Source: Zancudomyces culisetae HAW-14-8
Taxonomy: Eukaryota; Fungi; Kickxellomycota
DNA length: 64,000 bases
Direction: 5' to 3'
NCBI GenBank assembly: GCA_052426225.1
Contig: JBNJNM010000012.1
Span: 1,054,001-1,118,000, forward strand
In this document: positions 44,057 to 55,340 of the stretch, in pieces
How positions within the stretch are numbered: the stretch's first letter is position 1
Layout of the letters: each line of letters opens with the position of its first letter
Made by a program: the position numbers and the translations under genes
The notes under the pieces: generated by a model
Told to the model about the DNA's origin: nothing
Databases searched by the model: none
What the model saw: the letters and a program-made list of their open reading frames with translations, nothing else

Positions 44057-44506
44057 ATGATCAATTCAATAGTCCTAACCACTCTGATACTTAGCTCAAC
44101 TTTTGGTCACAGTGTAAAAAATGCACATAACTAAGATGTACATGCAGTAGTTTAATAACTTGTCTCGGAATCAAACTTTAATGAGATGAACCACGAGGAC
44201 GGACTCAAACGCTTAGGTAAAAGACTGAGAATTGAATTATATTACCACCATGGATTTGTAGCCCCCATAGGCTCCTTCTATGTCGAATCTAACAGGTGCT
44301 ATGCAACGCTCCGTTCTGTATCTGAAAGACTGGGCGAGGTGCGAGAAACTAAAAGTGCATTATGTTTTGTATTCAGAACAATTGCCCAGTTGGGTGCTTT
44401 GTCGATTTAGAAGTTCATGAATTCAGGTCAAATTTATACTTACACAACTTTGTAGAAACCGTGCAACATCCTGCTATTGGATTACTCTTTGTTTTTACAT
44501 ATTTAA
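44057..44506 (+). pseudogene. Stop-interrupted paralogue of the neighbouring small secreted Cys-rich protein
   Basis: Single frame MINSIVLTTLILSSTFGHSVKNAHN*DVHAVV**LVSESNFNEMNHEDGLKRLGKRLRIELYYHHGFVAPIGSFYVESNRCYATL..SI*..TL*KPCNILLLD; aligns to IQMFNTCFYKGAIGSIKIQPNICYNL of the adjacent gene. Confidence 0.7.
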
Positions 44507-44949
44507 GTATAACAACTCGTAAGTGTTTTATTGATTAGATTTATTTATGACTGGATAGATAAAAAAGATCAAAGCTTTAATTATGTGGTTTAATATCCCA
44601 CATATTGACATAGATTTGATGTTGGAGTTTTATGGGACTATCCCTTTATTAGGACAATGATCATAGATTGATTTTACAACTAACTTGATTGAAAATACAG
44701 GATACTTTAAATAAAAAGCAGTACATTGAATTTTTACCATCAATTATTTTTATTGCAACACTTGAATTTCAGTAGTAATGGTGTGGTATTTAACGTATAC
44801 TGTTTACTATTTCCAACGTCTTTATTATTGTTAAATTAAAATGATTGCTAACTCTTTATTTAACAAGCAAAAGAATACCAAATTTTGAAAAACGATTTAA
44901 ATGTTAAACAACTTTAGACACATTGGGGCACTGGATCAAGCCAGAGCAC

Positions 44950-45346
44950 TCAATATGCATGCCCTCCGATGTCACCATCCATGCATCCGGGATATAACCA
45001 TTGGCTTCTCAGATTGCCTTTTCCTGGTCTCATACAATTATTCTGGGTGAAAAACATGATTTTACCTTCACCAGGATTACCACCATCAAGGATACATGAA
45101 TTGATACTTGGCAAGTTATAACAGATATTTGGTTGTATTTTTATTGAGCCTATTGCGCCTTTATAGAAGCATGTATTAAACATTTGAATATTCATGATAG
45201 GTCCGCCTCCTCCATATCGTTTGTAGTGGTTTGCAGAATTTTCAGCGGTTCCGTTAGTGTTGGGTACCTGGACATTTGAAATATTTGCGCCAGCTGCAAA
45301 TCCTGAAGCCAGTAAAAATGCACTTGTTACCAAAAGATTGACCATG
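44950..45346 (-). CDS. Small secreted Cys-rich pre-pro-protein (signal peptide, KR cleavage site); TGA at 44950-44952 may be premature
   Basis: MVNLLVTSAFLLASGFAAG..HYKR/YGGGGPIMNIQMF..; frame continues VLWLDPVPQCV to TAA at 44914-44916. Confidence 0.75.
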
Positions 45347-47183
45347 TTTAATTCTAATATATGAATAATATGCTTAAAGTGTATGGTTGAAATCAAGGAA
45401 TTGCTCAATTATGTTAAAATATTGAAGATAAATCTTAAAAGAAACTTTACCACTTTTATACATTATGGTGTAAAATCTAAAACACTTATTACATGCCGGT
45501 TGAATATACAAATGCTAAAATTAGCTTAGTAATATAACAAACTGGCATACCTTATACCATAATTAGAATGAAATATGGTTACAGTAATAGATTAAGGTGG
45601 AGTGATGTTCTGATATTAATGAATTCGATTCCACCAGCCTTTGAAATTTAATGACCAAAAAAGTCGTAAAAAAGTCAAACCGGATCTGTTGTTATGAAAT
45701 TAAATCTCCAGCTTGTTGATGAAATGTTTGAAAGCTATATAAAATTATTTAGTCGGCGGATAGAATTACTAGATTAAGATTATCATGCTGTTTTAACTTT
45801 TGAAGGCTTTTACCAGCTTTTTGGTTATTTTTCGATCATATTACTATCACAAATGTTTTATTAACATAAAATAATGGTATTGTAACTAGTATATTAATAC
45901 CACCGGTTTATTATAGATATTCAATTCTCCAGGGAAAAAATAAACCAAGAAAAATATTCTTTTCTAAATTAGATGTATAAACAAAAAGACCAAGTAATGA
46001 AAAATAATTATGACTTTATTACGCATACTTTCTAAAGCACGGATCAATAAAAACGGACCCAGGTAGGTCAAGATGGGTTGAATGTTGCAAAATATGGAAG
46101 ATATATTGTACTGAAATTTACTACAACTACAAATGTGTGGAGGTAAAGTTATTGAGCAAGGGTATTCCGATACTTTTGCTAAACTTCACTCTTTAACCAA
46201 GTAGTCAACTATCCAGGCTAAAATCAATTTTAATTAAAAGAAAAGTTTTAAGTTCAAGAGTAAAACTTCCAACAGAAACGTGGAGGATGCTAGCTACTCG
46301 TACGAAGCAATACTTTCTAATAGAATTCTAATGGGCTATCTATTCTTTAAAGGTTAGAAGGAGCGCAACTAATTGATTTGCACAGGAGAGACAGCCGACA
46401 TTGAGGGAAATAAATGGTTCAAGTTTGAAATAGCGTAACTAGACGATTCTAGACACTCAAAAAATAATAATCATAGGTCCAAGTTGGCATGCTTTAATAT
46501 ATATTTTTGACTTTACTAGAAATGTACTTTAAAAATAATAATTAAAAGCCAATGGAACTTTTACTAGGGGGCCTATAAATTTACAGTAAATTTTCACTGA
46601 GCCACTTGAGGTATACATATTAAATTAGCACCCTTCTGGTGGCCTTAATTTCCACTAACTTTTCTAATTTTATAAATTATTTTTATGGTTCTAGATGAGA
46701 TCAAATTCTCGAATAAAATGTATATATTTTAAATTTGCTTCAAAATAATAGAAATTAAAGTTGGGTTTAAAGTTGAAGGTTCAATTTTACTTCTAAATTT
46801 TGGTGTCGATCCTAGTCCTTAGTAACTCAATACTGTTTTAAAACCTAATAAAATACTAGAACCAAATGAGAAAAAATTCTAGAATATTGTAAAAAGGATA
46901 TACCAGTAATTTGATATTTCTGCTGAGTTAGAACTCAATGTATGGCTATAAACGTATATTCTATGTAGGTATTATAGAAAAGTGTCTACATTAAAATTGG
47001 TTTATCATTTAAGCGTAGTTTAAAGTAGAATAAGTGCGAATATAAATCCACAAGAAAAAGTATAAATAATGTCGAAAAATGACGTAATTATAGTTTAATA
47101 TCAGTGCAGTTCACCTTCAGCTAGACAGTACGCATAGAAAGTAACAAAAAATCAAAGTTAAATAGCCTAAATAAAGGCACAGG

Positions 47184-48464
47184 ATGGTTAGAATCAAATT
47201 TTTGTGCCTTGTTGCACTTTTTTCGGTGTCCGCTGACTCCCAAGATAGCGGAGCTAATCAAATCGAAATTGTTAAAGAACTTTCTTCACAAAATGGTAAT
47301 ATTGTAGGAAAACCTTTGAAGAAAAATAGGAATATAGGGTTGAATGTGTCTCTAAATGACCAACTTGGCCAAATACAAGGTATGCAAAAAAACAAAGGTG
47401 AAGTAGCTACCAACAACATTCGTGTTTCAAGCAACAATGCAGGATCCGTAGACCTCAAGTGTTGTCGTAGGGTATGTAGACCAGCATGTAGGCCAGCATG
47501 TAGGCCAGTATGTAGACCAGTCTGCAGGCCAATGTGTAGACCAATCTGCAGACCAATACACAGGCCTTGCTGCCACCGTCACCATCATCATCACCGCTGT
47601 CATCACCACCATCGAATATGCAGACCAATCTGCAGACCAATACACAGGCCAATATGCAGACCAATACACAGGCCAATATGCAGACCAATACACAGGCCAA
47701 TATGCAGACCAATACACAGACCAATCTGCAGACCAATACACAGACCAATCTGCAGACCAATACACAGGCCAATCTGCAGACCAATACACAGGCCAATATG
47801 CAGACCAATACACAGACCAATATGCAGACCAATACACAGACCAATCTGCAGACCAATACACAGGCCAATCTGCAGACCAATACACAGGCCAATCTGTAGA
47901 CCAATACACAGGCCAATCTGTAGACCAATACACAGGCCAATCTGTAGACCAATACACAGGCCAATCTGCAGACCAATATGGAGGCCACCACCGCCTCGCC
48001 CATGTCCCCCACGACCACGACCACCACCACCACCGCCTCGCCCATGCCCACCACCTCCTCCGCCACCACCACCTCCGCCACCACCACCACCTCCCCCACC
48101 TCCCCCACCTCCACCTCCACCACCTCCCCCTCCCCCACCTCCACCTCCACCTCCACCACCTCCATGTCTACCACATCATCATCATCATCATCATCATCAT
48201 CGCCCCTGCCATAGACGCCGCAGACACCGCAGACACCATCACCACTACCGCCCTTGCCATGACAAAACCGAAAGCACCACAGGTGAGCCTGAAACTCCTA
48301 CACCAACTGAAGTCCCTGCACCAACTGAAGTCCCTGCACCAACTGAAGTCCCTGCACCAACTGAAGCCCCTACACAAACTGAGGCTCCTACACCAACTGA
48401 AGCTCCTACCAGCTGCTCGCCCGAGTTAGGTGTCAGTCCAATCGCTGCGGTAGTATATCAATAG
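47184..48464 (+). CDS. Secreted Cys/His/Arg/Pro repeat structural protein
   Basis: 426 aa; signal peptide, CC(xxxC)n block, His tracts, (CRPIHRPI)n, poly-Pro, (PTEVPA)n; variation in the 24-nt unit is synonymous in this frame (AGA/AGG, ATA/ATC, TGC/TGT). Confidence 0.9.
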   Translation: MVRIKFLCLVALFSVSADSQDSGANQIEIVKELSSQNGNIVGKPLKKNRNIGLNVSLNDQLGQIQGMQKNKGEVATNNIRVSSNNAGSVDLKCCRRVCRPACRPACRPVCRPVCRPMCRPICRPIHRPCCHRHHHHHRCHHHHRICRPICRPIHRPICRPIHRPICRPIHRPICRPIHRPICRPIHRPICRPIHRPICRPIHRPICRPIHRPICRPIHRPICRPIHRPICRPIHRPICRPIHRPICRPIHRPICRPIHRPICRPIWRPPPPRPCPPRPRPPPPPPRPCPPPPPPPPPPPPPPPPPPPPPPPPPPPPPPPPPPPPPPPCLPHHHHHHHHHRPCHRRRRHRRHHHHYRPCHDKTESTTGEPETPTPTEVPAPTEVPAPTEVPAPTEAPTQTEAPTPTEAPTSCSPELGVSPIAAVVYQ

Positions 48465-48804
48465 CTCAATAACATTGGTTAAGTTCCATCACTTAGATTA
48501 CACCGAAAAAAAAGCACAACGCACAGTCTATTTTTTCATACGGGCTTTCAATTTTAAAACTATTACAATATCAGATTATAGATTTCAAAATAGCATCAGA
48601 TTCATTCTAATAAAATTGCTATACTCATCAAAAGCTTTTTGTTCAAGGAATTGTTAATTTATTTGCGATCGAATTTATTTAGAATTAACATGATAAAAAT
48701 ACAAAATCTAAAAAAATACAATCATAACGGCAGATGTATCTACAAGTACATACAGCGAACATTAGAAAAACGTCCATTGATTCACAAACGCAACTGAAAA
48801 AAAT

Positions 48805-48911
48805 TGAAGATCAGCAAATGCCCAAATTTACGGGCGGTTAAATCATAGCCAAAAAATTTTAAGGCTAATAAGACCGTCGTGAATAGATTTGTTTCATCAT
48901 AGAGCTCTTCA
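48805..48911 (-). ncRNA. snR73: C/D snoRNA, snR73/U35 homologue (25S Cm2959)
   Basis: Box C ATGATGA 48900-48894; guide TCACGACGGTCT complementary to 25S AGACCGUCGUGA; degenerate D' ATTA; D CTGA 48814-48811; terminal stem TGAAGA/TCTTCA. Confidence 0.9.
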
Positions 48912-49075
48912 TAAATAAAATCAAACGTTGAATCGACATTTACCTGTCAAACTACAAAGAGATCCCAAAGTTACTTGACACACAAATAATTTTAAAGCAG
49001 TTCTAATTGATAAATTAAATATTGTCAGTGATGCAAGATACACATTTTGTTATAAAAACAAATAATAGTTGAATA

Positions 49076-49150
49076 AGTATCAGACAAAATTTTGTCATCA
49101 AAATAATTCTGACATATGCTTGTCAATTTTTAATGTAAATCATCAGCTTG
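49076..49150 (-). ncRNA. snR74: C/D snoRNA, snR74/U27 homologue (18S Am28)
   Basis: Box C 49146-49140; guide GACAAGCATATG complementary to 18S CAUAUGCUUGUC; D' CAGA, C' TGATGA, D CTGA 49083-49080; +5 rule lands on A28. Confidence 0.92.
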
Positions 49151-49317
49151 TTCAATATCCCCCAAACAATACACAAGTATAAAAACAGTAACAAACCTTT
49201 TCTAAAAAACTGATCAGAAAACTCATGATACAAGAAGCAATGTGATAGCTATATCGATTGTATTTATTGTTAGTTGATTCTTAAATTCATAATGTCATTA
49301 CAGACAATTCATAATAT

Positions 49318-49412
49318 TTTATCAGACCTCGGGTTTCTAAGCCGAATAAACGCGTATCAACATAATTGTATAAGGTTCTATATTTCAGTGCCCAGTGCGT
49401 TTCATCATATAA
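49318..49412 (-). ncRNA. snR76: C/D snoRNA, snR76/SNORD88 homologue (25S Cm2197)
   Basis: Box C ATGATGA 49408-49402; guide GCACTGGGCA plus D' CTGA, complementary to 25S UGCCCAGUGC; box D 49325-49322; terminal stem TTTTA/TAAAA. Confidence 0.88.
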
Positions 49413-49654
49413 AATAAATTTAAAAAATTGAATTACAAGTTACCTCTTGCAGATAAACCGTTGACCCAATGCAGACTGTGACATAAAATTAATTTGCGTG
49501 AAACCTAGTATTCGATTCAAAATTTCAATTGTTATAATCAAGATACTTGTTTTAAACTCTAAACACAAACATAAATGCATTTTCTCCTTCGCCACTTCCA
49601 ATAGAAGAAAAATCACCCCCAGCTCAAGTAAATATGGTTGGTATACCCTATAAA

Positions 49655-49780
49655 AGTTTCAGGTGTTTATGCAAATTGTCCATCAATTTCTCCTCCGTTC
49701 CCTGTGTTACCACAAGAAAGGTTAAGAGTTCAGACGGTAATTCCAGCTTTATTGTTTGCAATTTTTTTCTCATCACAATA
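49655..49780 (-). ncRNA. snR77: C/D snoRNA, snR77/SNORD65 homologue (18S Um578, yeast numbering)
   Basis: Box C GTGATGA 49776-49770; guide AGCTGGAATTACCG (49748-49735) complementary to 18S CGGUAAUUCCAGCU; CTGA 49733-49730 puts the +5 position on U578; distal CTGA 49662-49659 is the likely box D. Confidence 0.9.
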
Positions 49781-50171
49781 TACCTGTTTACTCGAGCGCA
49801 TTATGCAAAATAATAATACATAGATAGAAAATAAGTTTTCATTACTCACCTAGAAGCCCAATCATACTGAACAAGTCCACTGCAAACAAAACAACACCCC
49901 AGGGTCCAAAGTCCAGAATGTGACCAAGAACTAGTGTGAGGTGTTTGCCACTGAGGAGCATCAAGCTTTCTAAAACCTCAATCAAAAATGATCCAAAAAC
50001 CCAAGCGTATTCCTGAACCAGCGATTAGACTGGAAGCCCTTGCATTTAGGCATCTCTGCCCCGATCCATCGTGCCCGCTTGCAGTTGGGGGACAATCTTC
50101 CAAAGAGATGAACCTGCTTTTTCTGTTGAATGCGAGTTGGTTTATAACAAAGTTTCTTCCATAATTCTCCC

Positions 50172-50261
50172 TTTTATAATAAAATTTTTTTGGTTTTTGA
50201 AACTCCCCCCCCTACATTTTTTTTGTTTATTCCGCTTTTCAAATACAGAAAAAAATTTTCA
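50172..50261 (-). promoter_or_regulatory. Putative promoter of the snoRNA host: TATA box and RRPE-like element
   Basis: TATAAAAG at 50179-50172 and TGAAAATTTTT at 50261-50251 on the minus strand; both could arise by chance in AT-rich DNA. Confidence 0.4.
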
Positions 50262-50932
50262 TCACAATTGAGAGCATTTTGTTGAAATTTTTTTTTTGCG
50301 AAATTAGTACGCCAATAAACATTACATTTTAATTTCAACATGTAAGACTCCATTGAGCTATTGGTGTTCACAAAATCGCAAATAAAAATTTTTTTTAGCC
50401 AATTAAGCACTGGAACTATTTATAATACAAAAAATGGGCGAATGGTGCCTCTTGTTTTATATACCCAAATAAACACAAAACGACATTTTGTACTCTGGCT
50501 TTGTTTGGGGGAAATTCATTGTATTCTGATCAAACAACAATTTGCTTTTCATACATGGACTGCTTTATGAGCAATAAATAGATAGTCAACACACTACTAG
50601 TTTCAATTGCAGCGCCAATATGATGGCCAAAAGTATATAACCAAATTTGAGATGTTATTTTGGTTGTTGATTACAGAAACTAGCTTCAAATTTGAACATT
50701 TTACCCATATCAAGGGCAGGCTTTATACCTGTGTATATCCATTTGATTAGTTAGCTTTTTTTTATATCTGTCTAATAATTACTCCTACCCCACCCCCCTT
50801 GACTAACAAACATAATTATTCATAATAAAAAGTATTTAATATTATAAAAGCCTGCTTATAGAAATGATAGTGTCGACCTTAAAAAAAATAAAACAACAAA
50901 TCACCCTTCTTCCCCGTGTATCAAAAATAGAT

Positions 50933-53582
<2,650 letters not shown>

Positions 53583-55340
53583 TTTTCTGAGTATCTTTGT
53601 TGTTGTTTGCTTCTAACCAAAAAAAGAAAAATATTACAAAAAATGATGTAAAGGTACTATATCAGGTTTGTATACAAAGTATTGCTGGTTAATCGTTCTT
53701 ATAGTGTTCTTGTACTTTTTTTTTAACTGTTTAAATCTAAAGCTGCTTGTATCCTTCTTTCAAGCATTTATTTGTGTATGGTCATACCAGAATTAGCTCA
53801 AACTTGAACTCAAATTGGTCTTAAACTTATTTTATTTAGACCTACAAGCGGTTTTCGAAATTTTTGCCTCATCTTCACTGGGTAAATGCACTTTTTTTCC
53901 CATAAAAAAATTTTTTTTTGATTTGGGTTTTGATCGTCATTTATTTGTTTTACAAATCAATATATGATAAAAATATCAAATACCCACTCATCCCATAGCA
54001 AGTTGCACTGGGAATAAATAAATAAACATAATCTGCCAGTTTTTATTAGTAGTTTACTTTTTCTCGCCAATAGCATAATCTAAAAAAGTCTATTTTTAAA
54101 AATGCAGCTATTGTAAAAGTTGCTATTTTTAACTTTGTCTTTGGGAATAGGGAAATGGAACGAAAATTGGAGCGAAAAATTGAAATGAAGGTAGAAATAG
54201 TGCGTTAGTGAAAAAAAAACTCATCTAGGCAGCCTTCGCATGTCATATCAGCAACACTGTGTTTATTGGATCATTTTTCTGAATGAATGAACTGTAGTCT
54301 AGGTTTGACACCTGATACTTTTTACCGTAAAAATTTGGCAGACTTAGAAACATCAACCACCGCCTTCCCCTTCCTCTTCCCCTTCCCCTCACCCTTTCTG
54401 AAAACAGAAAATTAAACACCAATAAAGCATTTTATGGTTAACGTGGTTACCGAAACTGTGAGAGAGTCCAAGTTGTTGTTAATATGATATGGGTTGCCCA
54501 CAAGACATTATTCAAGCAGTTTTTATTACCACTAATCCATGTTCAAAACGCTCTGTATAAATGTTTAACGTTTAGTGATTTTATAACAACCAAGCTGCAA
54601 GTATTACGGTTATAAAACGAATAACAAAAAACAAACTACAACGCATAATCGCAAGGCACACGGAGGAGATGAACCCTAAACTACCCCCTCCACTAAATGC
54701 TCCTGTTTATTGTGCAAACCTGTGTATTACACATAGTTTATCCAAACCTTTGTCTTTATAGCATACAAGCCTATAATTAGCTACTATCCCAGTGTTAAAT
54801 GCATTAAAGAGTGAATAGAGGTAAATGATAAAACAGCCAAGAGAAGCCCTTACACCTACCCCTAAAATTGAAAGAGATGAGGAAGAAACAAAATTTATCA
54901 TGTGAGAGCTTATTACTGATGAAATGGAGACACTCGAAAGTGCTTAGTGGTATATCAGAATGTTCATATAGTGGCTGTGTGCTACATTTGGTAATAAAAT
55001 GATGTAAAGGCTTTTTCATGGAGACAATATCAAAAATAATACATTATAGTTGCAATCAGTACTATAGTTTCCGTGTATAATCAACTACATCTAACAGCCT
55101 ATATATCACCCATATCACCCATATCTCTATTTTCCCTTCTCCTCTTTTAGCCTTTTACCATAAATAAAAAGATTTCTTTTTTTAATATGACTGTATTTCC
55201 CATTCAATTGAAATAAGTTTTACGATTTTTATTCACTGATCTAATGTATTTAAATAAAATGTTAATAAGTCGCTTAATAAATAGTATAAAAGCAAAATTG
55301 TAAATTCAATAAAAAATACTATTCTTGTATAAATAGGAAA

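Larger units (their letters stand above)
48700..50160 (-). ncRNA. Spliced snoRNA host transcript; introns 49849-49505, 49443-49249, 49196-49003, 48943-48740; transcript ends approximate
   Basis: Four GT..AG introns (donors GTGAGT, GTAACT, GTTTGT, GTAAAT; branch-like TATAAC, ACTAAC, ACTGAC, TCTAAT), each containing one C/D snoRNA; internal exons of 61, 52 and 59 nt. Confidence 0.8.

Noticed and set aside
44560-44913. SECIS element downstream of the UGA-containing secreted gene
   Set aside because: The ATGA..hairpin near 44640-44665 lacks the 3' GA of the quartet and correct helix spacing
28108-46510. Genome-wide TAA/TAG-to-Gln code change to explain in-frame stops
   Set aside because: Conserved genes in the window have no internal TAR and terminate on TAA/TAG
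47427-48214. Alternate-frame repeat ORFs (VYWSADW, LVCRLAC, QTNTQAN)
   Set aside because: Repeat variation is synonymous only in the CRPIHRPI frame, which also carries the signal peptide
49326-49346. Possible second guide upstream of box D in the snR76 homologue
   Set aside because: No rRNA complement adjacent to the D box could be assigned from memory; needs snoscan or PLEXY
49980-50120. RNase MRP (GGCAGAGATGCC loop), U11 (AAGGGCTTC), U3 (GGATCATTT) or telomerase identity for the structured exon
   Set aside because: Only isolated short matches; P4 strands, U3 boxes and a telomere template were not found
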